From: a virus
Taxonomy: Duplodnaviria; Heunggongvirae; Uroviricota; Caudoviricetes
Reading direction: 5' to 3' (one strand)
DNA length: 64,000 nt
Virus record (IMG/VR): IMGVR_UViG_3300025887_000009
In this document: piece by piece, positions 40,284 to 49,124 of the stretch
Layout of the letters: each line of letters opens with the position of its first letter
Numbering within the stretch: position 1 is the stretch's first letter
Notes under the pieces: generated by a model
Told to the model about the DNA's origin: nothing
The model's database searches: none
Seen by the model: the letters and a program-made list of their open reading frames with translations, nothing else
Made by a program: the position numbers and the translations under genes

Positions 40284-43200
40284 TAGTAGCTATAACCTCC
40301 ACTGGTTCTATTATTAGTAATTAGCGCACTACTTTGAATGCCTGTATTCGGATCAACCGAAGCTGTTAATACTTTGCCGCCTGCTTGTAATTTAGTTGCT
40401 GTAATAGCATCGATAATTTCTATGTCGTCAACTGATGCACCTGATACAAATACTTCATCAGCTTCTGAACGTATTTCAAACATGCTACCAAAGCTTTGAT
40501 TTGTTTGAACTGGAACTATTACAACAGATACAAGATCAGGTGATACTTGATTCATAATGTATGTTGACAATTCACTAAAGTAAAAAGTTTCTCCGAATTC
40601 CCAATTTTCTAGAGCAAAGTATTGATTAATTGCGTTAATAACTCTTGCCTTTACGTCGTTGTCATTAACAACTAGGTCACTGTTTTTAACTATTTTAAAC
40701 ACTGCTCTTAAATCTTCTTTCGCATTTGTGCCAAAAAGCACTTTGTATTTTACTGGATGGTAGACAATTTCGTCACTTACTGACTTAATAGTATTTAACG
40801 ATTTTCCAAAGCTGCGGAATAGCTGATCTGAACTAGGAGGCAACGGTGGTTGCTCCGTTGTGCCATTTAACCATCTGCGATATTCCACGTCATATCTACG
40901 TGTTAACATATAAGTGTCAATGATATTACTAACCGAAGGATCAATCCTTGAATTAGAATCTGCCGAGTGAACGTAATAGAATTTTAGATTATCTCTGCCA
41001 ACATACGCTCTATAAAGAGATGTAACTTTAAGCTCTAATGCAGTAAGATCTAATACGCGGAATGTATCACGGTCAACAATATAAAATACTGTACCATCTT
41101 CGTACTGACTGTAAGCGCCGATATCTCGTTCAATAGAAACAATATTAATATTTTCTGCATCTTGATTCACATAACGGAAATCATCTACTCCGTCTGACGT
41201 AATATACGACTTTTGGAAAATAAACTTTTCATTAGTATTTTCTAATTCGTTAACAATTTGGTCAAAGACATCTATGTCATCAACAATTCCGTCATCGTCT
41301 GAATCAAAGAAACTAATTTGTATTTTCTTTGTGTCAACATAACCTTCTTTGTCTCTAAACTCTTCAACAACCTGCCAATCATAATCTATAGTAAACGGTA
41401 ATGTACTGTCCGGTTGTGTATTAATAGACATAACTTGAATTTTGTCTTTAACAATTTTTCCTGTTTTGTTATTGTAGATTGCATCAGAAGAATCATAATA
41501 GAATTTAATTTCTTCATCACTTTCGAACACATAACGAAGGCCGCGATATGTCATAGTATAGCTTTCGCCATTTGTTTGGAACAATATTAACCAACTTGCA
41601 TCAAGGTTTTGATTACTAATATCGCCTGCTTTGCCAGTAGAAAAATTGCTAGCAAGATCTATATTAGTATTTGTAACTAGTCTCCAGCGTCTTGTTGCTA
41701 CGTCATATCTCAATCCAAAAGTATTATACGAGAATGTTTGGTCAACGATTTGTGTTTTTACGCTATCCGTTATGCTTGTAGAAAGCTTTGGTCTTACTTC
41801 TGACAAAATAGCACCGGTTGGAATTATGTCATTAAACGCAACCGGGCCGGTGCCGTTTTCGTCTACTGTAATGCCGCGTCCTTCGACGCTAACTACTTTA
41901 GTCCATTTGTAGAGACGTGCGCCCGACGTAGTTCCGTCACCTTGTAACATTTCTCCTTTGGCATTAAAATAAAAACCAGAAGGTGGTACAAATTTACACA
42001 ATGTTCCTGCTTCGATGTTCTTCAAGCTATTAGCAGTAAATGATCCAACTGTGTACGGAACATCGTCAACGTCTTTAAAATATCCTGTTGAGCGATTTGT
42101 TTCGCTAGTAGATTGTTCCCAAGTTGCTGCTAAGTCAAACGTAAATATCTTTGGAAAATTACTGTAATAAAAATTAAGCATCTTGCGACTTTTGATAAGC
42201 GGCTCGATTGTGTTAAGAATAATTCCTTCAATATCAGTCTGTGTTGCAAATGTAAATGTTTGCTTTTCTTTAAGTGGCTGTTTAAAAATAACACCATCGA
42301 TTCCATAAAGGTTAACTGATGAATATTTTCCTGAGGTATCTATTAAGTCAAAGTAACGGCTAATACCGCTTGACGTCCTGTTAACTGATTTTACTTTAAC
42401 AACTTCCTGACTAACACTCAGAGGAGCAACATTGTAGTCTTCTCCTGTAATCATTCTGTTTTGAGTGTAATATGTCGACGGAGCGTTGTTTTTAATGCTC
42501 TGACTTGTTTCTGTAGTCGTACCGTTGTCAACAACAGCACGTAAAGACATTGTAATGATTAAATTTTCAACTGTTCCATTTCTGCCTAAATAAGGTACAG
42601 ATACTGTTATACCTTGCATGTCAGATGTTTGAATTACTACCTGACGGTTTGCAGAAGTACGGTAATAAATTCTGTATGTCCCTTTTGGTAGATCTCCAAA
42701 AACTCCATCCGAGAAAATTAAGTTAATTCTATCGTCTGCTCTTGTTAGTACAGAATAAATATTACGAATGTTTTTGTTTAAAGAATTGTAGATAACATTG
42801 TTACCTTCAACAGATTCTACTTTAGTCCAGTAATCTGATTCATTTCCTTGATCATCTATTTTGTAAAGCCAAACATCTGTGTTGTTTACATTTGACGAAT
42901 TGATATCGATTACTTGGTTCGGAACAGGACTGTCAATGTTAAACGTTCCGTTCTCTAATGTACCTTGGCGGAAGTGCGCAAAGAATCCTGTATTAGAAGA
43001 TCCTGCGCCTCTGCCGTCGTCGCGATATAAACAAGCAAGACTGTTTGCTCTTAAAGGAATTTCTTCTTCTATTGCACCATCATTAATGTCTGTTGAAACA
43101 ATCTCAAATGTTGTTGATACACCTTCGACTGATTTGTTAAATTTGTAAACTGGCACGTCTGTGTTAATAGCGTTAAATCTGTACTGCTCAGTAGGAATTC

Positions 43201-43741
43201 CTGCTACAGTATCTTTTTTAACAGGACGCCCAAATGTTCCATTAACCGGAAGTGCAGCATTCATTACTTTTGTAAACTGTTCAAACCAATCTGTGTTGCT
43301 AGGATCATTCCAAAAAATTGCCTTACCGGCTAAGTTTCTATTATTAGAATCTACAATAGCTTCTGTTGTTGTTACAGAGTTGAATTTAAGTAACCCGTTT
43401 GCTGCTTGGTTTCTCTTAACGTTATATGAAAGCAACCGTGCAAGGCGCAACACAGACTCACGTCTGTCCGCTAGTTCAAGAAAGTTTTCACGAGCGTTTA
43501 AATCAATTCTAAAGGAAAGGTTTTGTCCAAGGAACGCAATCAAATCAATAAGCGCAAGGTATTCCGAGCTTTCAATATAGTCATTGAAATCTTCCGGATA
43601 GTTCTCTCGCAAGTAATTAATCATTGTACGGCGAAGGTTATCAAAGTCATAACTTTGAAAGTCTGCGTTCTTAAATGATTGGTAAACTCGCTTCCAGTCC
43701 TCTGCTACTAGAAGACGATTTTGACGATCGGTAGCTGACAT
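40283..43741 (-). CDS. gp6: baseplate wedge subunit, T4 gp6-like
   Basis: DFQSYDFDNLRRTMINYLRENYPEDFNDY...LIDLIAF...ENFLELA.RRESVLRLARLLSY.VKR; YTQNRMITGEDY; ATG at 43739-43741 with AAGGA 8 nt upstream. Confidence 0.85.
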   Translation of the reverse strand: MSATDRQNRLLVAEDWKRVYQSFKNADFQSYDFDNLRRTMINYLRENYPEDFNDYIESSEYLALIDLIAFLGQNLSFRIDLNARENFLELADRRESVLRLARLLSYNVKRNQAANGLLKFNSVTTTEAIVDSNNRNLAGKAIFWNDPSNTDWFEQFTKVMNAALPVNGTFGRPVKKDTVAGIPTEQYRFNAINTDVPVYKFNKSVEGVSTTFEIVSTDINDGAIEEEIPLRANSLACLYRDDGRGAGSSNTGFFAHFRQGTLENGTFNIDSPVPNQVIDINSSNVNNTDVWLYKIDDQGNESDYWTKVESVEGNNVIYNSLNKNIRNIYSVLTRADDRINLIFSDGVFGDLPKGTYRIYYRTSANRQVVIQTSDMQGITVSVPYLGRNGTVENLIITMSLRAVVDNGTTTETSQSIKNNAPSTYYTQNRMITGEDYNVAPLSVSQEVVKVKSVNRTSSGISRYFDLIDTSGKYSSVNLYGIDGVIFKQPLKEKQTFTFATQTDIEGIILNTIEPLIKSRKMLNFYYSNFPKIFTFDLAATWEQSTSETNRSTGYFKDVDDVPYTVGSFTANSLKNIEAGTLCKFVPPSGFYFNAKGEMLQGDGTTSGARLYKWTKVVSVEGRGITVDENGTGPVAFNDIIPTGAILSEVRPKLSTSITDSVKTQIVDQTFSYNTFGLRYDVATRRWRLVTNTNIDLASNFSTGKAGDISNQNLDASWLILFQTNGESYTMTYRGLRYVFESDEEIKFYYDSSDAIYNNKTGKIVKDKIQVMSINTQPDSTLPFTIDYDWQVVEEFRDKEGYVDTKKIQISFFDSDDDGIVDDIDVFDQIVNELENTNEKFIFQKSYITSDGVDDFRYVNQDAENINIVSIERDIGAYSQYEDGTVFYIVDRDTFRVLDLTALELKVTSLYRAYVGRDNLKFYYVHSADSNSRIDPSVSNIIDTYMLTRRYDVEYRRWLNGTTEQPPLPPSSDQLFRSFGKSLNTIKSVSDEIVYHPVKYKVLFGTNAKEDLRAVFKIVKNSDLVVNDNDVKARVINAINQYFALENWEFGETFYFSELSTYIMNQVSPDLVSVVIVPVQTNQSFGSMFEIRSEADEVFVSGASVDDIEIIDAITATKLQAGGKVLTASVDPNTGIQSSALITNNRTSGGYSY

Positions 43742-43764
43742 ATACACGTTCCTTTGTTATAATG

Positions 43765-43772
43765 TATTTATT
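43765..43772 (-). promoter_or_regulatory. T4-type late promoter (AATAAATA)
   Basis: Intergenic, 23 nt upstream of the gp6 ATG. Confidence 0.65.
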
Positions 43773-43799
43773 CATCTAGGAAATGTGCGTAGTTAAAAG

Positions 43800-44246
43800 T
43801 TAACCAATTAAGCTATTATTTTGATCAAATCTTAGCTGCATTGATTCAGAAATATTATAAGGCAAATATGTTAGATCGCATTCAATTTGAATCCCTGATT
43901 CGTACGAATCTACAGTAACTTGATTGACTACAATTCTAGGATCATAGTTAACAATTGTAGTTACATTGGTTGCTATTGCTTCTTTTAAGTCGTCAGTTAA
44001 CGGTTCAAAAATTACATCCCATATAATAGTACCAAAGTTAGGATTTTCAAGTTTCTCTCCTTGGCGTATATGAAAGTGGTTAATCAAATCTTGTTTAATT
44101 AATTCCAAGTCATAAAGGCGAAAGTTTTTACGATCGTTATCTACAGTACTAGTGCCGCGATAGGCTCTACTAGAAATAACTTCGGTTTTTTGTCTCGGTC
44201 CCGAAACTGAAACTCGTTTGATTAGATTTTTTTCAATAGCTGTCAT
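43800..44246 (-). CDS. gp25: baseplate wedge subunit, gp25-like
   Basis: IKQDLINHFHIRQGEKLENPNFGTIIWDVIFEP...IVNYDPRI; likely start MTAIEK at 44244-44246. Confidence 0.88.
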   Translation of the reverse strand: MTAIEKNLIKRVSVSGPRQKTEVISSRAYRGTSTVDNDRKNFRLYDLELIKQDLINHFHIRQGEKLENPNFGTIIWDVIFEPLTDDLKEAIATNVTTIVNYDPRIVVNQVTVDSYESGIQIECDLTYLPYNISESMQLRFDQNNSLIG

Positions 44247-44251
44247 AGTAA

Positions 44252-44259
44252 TATTTATC
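44252..44259 (-). promoter_or_regulatory. T4-type late promoter (GATAAATA)
   Basis: 5 nt upstream of the likely gp25 ATG (near-leaderless). Confidence 0.55.
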
Positions 44260-45559
44260 ACCTAGCTCTATTGCGAACAAACGTTTGTCCTTGCGGTGCA
44301 GTTGTTGGTTTTGACGTACCTGTAAACCAAGTCGTTTGGTCGCTTGCAAACAAAGGTACGTCTGCGTCAGCTGGTACTTTCCAATTTCTTCTTAACGACA
44401 AGAAACGCATGCCTACTCTCGAAGAACGGCTTAACGAGATGGTAGTTTCGTTTACACCGCCATTTATATTTCCAGCTAAGATAGTAACAGTATTTGCGCC
44501 CGGATCAATCTTTCTTACAAAGCCGACAATTCCGACAGGTGCAGAACTTTTAAATATAGCAAGATCATTTCTTCTAATATCACCTAGCATGTTAAAGTTT
44601 ACAGACTTTCCATAAGAAGCATATGCAGATGCGCTAATTGTTTCAATATAAGGTAATCCTGCATATTTTAGAACGTAATTTACAAAAGGTGCATTCCAAT
44701 TAAGAATGCCTTCGTTGCCATCGCTGTCATTACTACGGCCACTTAATCCAAATGCTTCGGCATGTAACGGATTAGCCGGAGATCCCTGAGATGCCCAATT
44801 TTTCGATGCAGCACTAGATATAGACGATTCGAGTCTGTTGTATGCATCCTCTTCGGGAGCATCGCTATCAGGATTCACATTAGCAAAACTTTTAACTAAT
44901 TTTTTAAAATTGCCGTCATTGTTTTTGCCACCTATAGCATCATCAAATCCAAAGCCTACGTCAAGTAATTTACTAAATTGCCCTAGTCCTTCTGAGCTTA
45001 AGAAGTCGTCTGCTGTTTGTTGCAATTGACCAACTAATTGACCTAGCGGACCGTATGATCCACTTGTAATTGCATCTGGCAAGGAAAGGTTGTTGATCGA
45101 ATCCATCGGTAACACATCAAGCAAGTCGAACTTTCCTAACAATGGTCCAAAAGTTCCATTTCCTGCTGAACTAATCAATTCTGTAAGTTGCGGAGTTCCT
45201 AACAATTCTGACAAATTAGTAGTAATGTCCGCAAATTCAACACTGCTCATTTTTTTAACTACGTCTAATGCTCCACTAGACGATATCAAGCTTTGAACAT
45301 CGATTGTTTGCTTTAGAATATCATTGCCTAAAGAGTTAATAAGGTCAGCAGGATTAGCAAGTTCGGATATTTCTTCCTCGCCTATATCTTCTAATTTTTT
45401 CTTGTATTCTTCTGCAATATTAGTTAATAGTAATTCGATAACTGATGGCTTGTTTAATAACTCTACTGATTGCTGTTTAGTAAGTTTAGCAATCGAGTTA
45501 ACTTCAGTGTTTAATAATTCTGCAATTTGTTCATCTGTTAATCCTGTAAAATCTAACAT
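44258..45559 (-). CDS. baseplate-associated protein with C-terminal NlpC/P60 (TIGR02594-like) domain lacking catalytic residues
   Basis: WNAPFVNYVLKYAG...NDLAIFK...GIVGFV...TILAGN aligns by eye to WCAAFV..VL..AG...GDIVVF...GHVGFV...ILGGN. Confidence 0.6.
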   Translation of the reverse strand: MLDFTGLTDEQIAELLNTEVNSIAKLTKQQSVELLNKPSVIELLLTNIAEEYKKKLEDIGEEEISELANPADLINSLGNDILKQTIDVQSLISSSGALDVVKKMSSVEFADITTNLSELLGTPQLTELISSAGNGTFGPLLGKFDLLDVLPMDSINNLSLPDAITSGSYGPLGQLVGQLQQTADDFLSSEGLGQFSKLLDVGFGFDDAIGGKNNDGNFKKLVKSFANVNPDSDAPEEDAYNRLESSISSAASKNWASQGSPANPLHAEAFGLSGRSNDSDGNEGILNWNAPFVNYVLKYAGLPYIETISASAYASYGKSVNFNMLGDIRRNDLAIFKSSAPVGIVGFVRKIDPGANTVTILAGNINGGVNETTISLSRSSRVGMRFLSLRRNWKVPADADVPLFASDQTTWFTGTSKPTTAPQGQTFVRNRAR

Positions 45560-47226
45560 TATTGCTGTAATCCTCTTCTTGATGCTTGGTCAACCCATCT
45601 TAATTTATTAACACTTCGGCCTCCTGAGCCCCACACTACTAAATTAGGACCACGAAGGTCAATATGCATTCTAGTAGGTCCCATATAGCTAGCAGAGTGT
45701 CCGATACCGCGGCATCCGTAAAAAACACAATATGTAATAAATTCAGCTATCTTTGCTTTCCCGGCTGCGTTATTTGAGTTTTGTATTTGTCCATTTACAT
45801 ATATGTCAAGGTCCGCAGCCCATCCATTGTCGTGTCTAGTACTCCCAACGCGACGGGTTCCTCTGCCTTTTTGATCTTGACCGCCTGAAAATATTTGTAC
45901 TTCTGACAGACCGCAATCCCTAGCAGCTCTATTAAGTACATTACGCAAATTAGGATTAATCGGCTTATTGCGAGTTTTGTAGTGTTTACCTACATGCGGT
46001 TCTGTTACTACATTAGGAGCACCGCCCGATCCGGGAGCAAATCCGCCAGGCATAACAGGCACCTCTGCTCCTGTCGCCGCGCCGCCACCGGAACCTGCAA
46101 CGGTCCTTCTGCCTTTTGAATCAACTTGTGCAATAACTGTAGTCGAGCCGCCTTTAAATTCAAAGTTGTTTAAGACCTGGTTTAAAAATGAAACTGCAAG
46201 CTGTTGTCTTTTTTCTCTATGAGCGCCAGAAGAACGTTCAAAGTATTGATCAAAAATTATAGCACTATCGGCAGCTATTTTGTATTTTCCTTGCACATCT
46301 CCATTTTCAGGATCCTTAAGAGCCCGTATCTTTCTATTTGCAGTTGTACTTCCACCGGTTTCATTTTCTAATTCCCACTTAATATAATCTAACTGTTGTT
46401 CAAAATTTGATCCAACTAACGGTGTTCCGATTATTTCTAGAAATTTATCTACTCTATCTAAAGAATATTTTCTATTCCATTGTGCAATACCGTGGGCGGC
46501 ACCACTGTCGCCTGTAGCGTTTTCATTAAGTTCTACCCCGGATTCTGCTTGCAAGTTTCCTATAATGCCCGCCGCTTGCGCATCTGTAAAGCCCACTCCT
46601 TTAAAAAATTCAAAAGCTTGTTTCGCTCTTGCAGTGTCTGTTTCATCTTCAAATGCTAGGTCAGTTTCAACAGTCTCAGTTTCGTAAACTCCTTCTGAAT
46701 ACGACCCGTTACTATCTACTCTGCCGCCATTATTTGTATACGATGTTCTTGGCTGGCCACCTAATACATCACGGGTATATTGAGCAATATTATTAAAAGT
46801 ATCAAAATCTGATGTATCAATAGAATCTGTCTGTTGCAATCCTGCTCTAGTAAATTCCGGAGTGTATGCTAACGGGTTAAGATGTTCGTGCTGCGTCCAT
46901 GGTTCTCGCATCGGAACTCTTACTGCCATCGGAGATGAATTACCAGAAGGCATTTGGCCGGGACTACTGTATCCTTGTTCAGCAGGCGATGATCCTGCAG
47001 GAGCACCTTCGCTTAAAAGTGTTTCGTCATCTGTAGTTGCATTAACTTGCCTAACTTGTGCTAAAATATCTTGAGTAGCTTTATTAGTATTTCCAGATCG
47101 ACTACCGTCATCTGGTCCTAATCTTTTCGGAGCCAATTCTTGTGGTCCTGATCCGTCGTCTGGTCTTGATGACAGATTTTTATCATTTGCTGCTGATGAA
47201 AGATTTGTTTCTACTTTTGAGTTCAT
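45559..47226 (-). CDS. virion peptidoglycan hydrolase: phage-tail lysozyme domain plus M15-type Zn peptidase domain
   Basis: GFTDAQAAGIIGNLQAESG...AHGIAQWN (tail lysozyme); STRHDNGWAADL (HX6D) and MHID (Zn ligands). Confidence 0.8.
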   Translation of the reverse strand: MNSKVETNLSSAANDKNLSSRPDDGSGPQELAPKRLGPDDGSRSGNTNKATQDILAQVRQVNATTDDETLLSEGAPAGSSPAEQGYSSPGQMPSGNSSPMAVRVPMREPWTQHEHLNPLAYTPEFTRAGLQQTDSIDTSDFDTFNNIAQYTRDVLGGQPRTSYTNNGGRVDSNGSYSEGVYETETVETDLAFEDETDTARAKQAFEFFKGVGFTDAQAAGIIGNLQAESGVELNENATGDSGAAHGIAQWNRKYSLDRVDKFLEIIGTPLVGSNFEQQLDYIKWELENETGGSTTANRKIRALKDPENGDVQGKYKIAADSAIIFDQYFERSSGAHREKRQQLAVSFLNQVLNNFEFKGGSTTVIAQVDSKGRRTVAGSGGGAATGAEVPVMPGGFAPGSGGAPNVVTEPHVGKHYKTRNKPINPNLRNVLNRAARDCGLSEVQIFSGGQDQKGRGTRRVGSTRHDNGWAADLDIYVNGQIQNSNNAAGKAKIAEFITYCVFYGCRGIGHSASYMGPTRMHIDLRGPNLVVWGSGGRSVNKLRWVDQASRRGLQQ

Positions 47227-49073
47227 TATTGAGCACCTCCTGTATCTGTATTATAAGACGGGGCACCGCTAACAGCAGGACTTGCATTTGGTCTCGAGCT
47301 AGCAGTTCCTTCTAAAGGCAACCCTGGAGGTCTTGCTCCAAGAGCTTCAAATGCATCTGTTAAGTCTCCAGCAGCACTAATGCCCGGATTAAGTTCTACA
47401 GTTGCACCTTGTACATTTGCAATTCCGCTTGCAAAGATATTTGCCTCGCCGCCGATAGCTTGGAATGTTGCTGTAGCGCCTGCGCTAGAAGTTAGATTAG
47501 CACCGGATTGCATCACTGTATCGACTCCTGAAGTAAACAGCATGTTATTGGCGGATTTTAAGCTCACTACGTTGCCACTCTCAATTACAACGTCGTTAGC
47601 TGCCTTAGCGTTAATCTCGCCGCCTTGTGATTCTATTTGAACGTTGTCAGAAGCACTGATATGCACTCTTCCGCCTTGAGCTCCTAGCAATAACTCTGCG
47701 CCAGCGCGGATATGCATGTCGCCTTCTGCGCCAATTCTAAATGCACCTTTACTAGCAAAACTGATATCCTCTTGTGTAACAAACGAAAAGCTTTTTGCAG
47801 ATGATAAAGATACTGCATCTGTTTCGGACACAATGCTAACACCTTCTCTGCCTGTAATAGATACTGTAGAATTTGAGTTAAACTCAATGCTTTGTGGGGT
47901 TGTAAATGATATAGGCTCAGAAGAAACAATACTAACTTTGCCGCCTGTGGCTTGGTTTGTTCCTGAACCCGAGTTCATGTTTATGCGCTCGCCGGCTGTT
48001 AAGTTAATATCTCTATCAGCAGTAAAGTTGATATCATTTTCGCTGTGCACACTCATACTATCCGCACAGTAAATATCAATCTTTCCGTTTGATGTAAATT
48101 CTAACCATGCTGTACCACGTGAGTTAGCAATGTAAATTAAGTCTTCTGTGTTGTGCAACAAGATTTGGTGTCCTGTTCTTGTTCTAATCCTAACAAGATC
48201 GTTGTGAGGTAAAGTTGGATCGCCGCCGGTGTCTCCGTTTTCAACGTTAACATATTCCATTGGAGTATCTTTGGCGTGACCTTTTCTAACAAATTTGTCA
48301 TCACCGTCGTCCATTACAAAACTAGATCCGCCTAGTCTACTAACCGGTTGTTCTACTCTAGAATCGTAAGGACCCAATGGCGCTTTTGGTCCTGTTTTAT
48401 CAAGCGGTCCCGGTGTGGAAATACCAAACACACTCGAAGGTGCTTCTCGTCTAGCACTCGAACTAGTTGGTCCGCGAATATCGTCGTCGATTAATCCTTG
48501 CTCCATTAATGATGTAGCAAATCTTTTATGAACTGGCTTTGTGAACGTTGTTGGGTTTTTAGTAGTCTGTGATCCTACACGGGTTTTATTGTATTCTGAC
48601 ACAGGAAGTTTTTTGCCGTCTAGTGCTCTCGGAAAATCTTCGTCATCTGTTTTAACTAATTTTGTAGCAGCGTTACCAGGCATCATAAAGTTCATATATG
48701 CATCTTGCACACATCCGAACCAAAATCCTTGTCCTGAATTGCCTTCTACGAAAAGAACAAGAACTCTATTACCTACGTCAGGTGGGACCATCCACATGCC
48801 ATAAGACGATTGTGAATTTTCATATCCTGCTTGATCTTTTAGACCAGCTTGAGAAGTTACTCCGTAAAAAGGTGACAGATACTTTACTTCAAAAAGCATA
48901 CCTGTTCTTTCAGGAACGTTCCCTGACGAGTTACTTTTTAAAAGTTCAACTTGCAATGTTCCCATGTACGTCGGGTCTAGATTTGAAACAACAATTGCTT
49001 CATACGGACCCGGGTCCATCTTTGTAGGAGCCGAAACTGATCTTTTTAGTTTATTTCTTCCTGATCGTGCCAT
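47226..49073 (-). CDS. baseplate hub spike, gp5/VgrG-like (OB-fold plus beta-helix, no lysozyme domain)
   Basis: DPTYMGTLQVEL...MWMVPPDVGNRVLVLFVEG; RIRTRTGHQILLHN; long beta-helix-type repeats in the C-terminal half. Confidence 0.8.
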   Translation of the reverse strand: MARSGRNKLKRSVSAPTKMDPGPYEAIVVSNLDPTYMGTLQVELLKSNSSGNVPERTGMLFEVKYLSPFYGVTSQAGLKDQAGYENSQSSYGMWMVPPDVGNRVLVLFVEGNSGQGFWFGCVQDAYMNFMMPGNAATKLVKTDDEDFPRALDGKKLPVSEYNKTRVGSQTTKNPTTFTKPVHKRFATSLMEQGLIDDDIRGPTSSSARREAPSSVFGISTPGPLDKTGPKAPLGPYDSRVEQPVSRLGGSSFVMDDGDDKFVRKGHAKDTPMEYVNVENGDTGGDPTLPHNDLVRIRTRTGHQILLHNTEDLIYIANSRGTAWLEFTSNGKIDIYCADSMSVHSENDINFTADRDINLTAGERINMNSGSGTNQATGGKVSIVSSEPISFTTPQSIEFNSNSTVSITGREGVSIVSETDAVSLSSAKSFSFVTQEDISFASKGAFRIGAEGDMHIRAGAELLLGAQGGRVHISASDNVQIESQGGEINAKAANDVVIESGNVVSLKSANNMLFTSGVDTVMQSGANLTSSAGATATFQAIGGEANIFASGIANVQGATVELNPGISAAGDLTDAFEALGARPPGLPLEGTASSRPNASPAVSGAPSYNTDTGGAQ

Positions 49074-49124
49074 TAATTATTTCCTATTATTATCCGAAAA
49101 ATCGGCTGGTTACCTTTGTATCCA

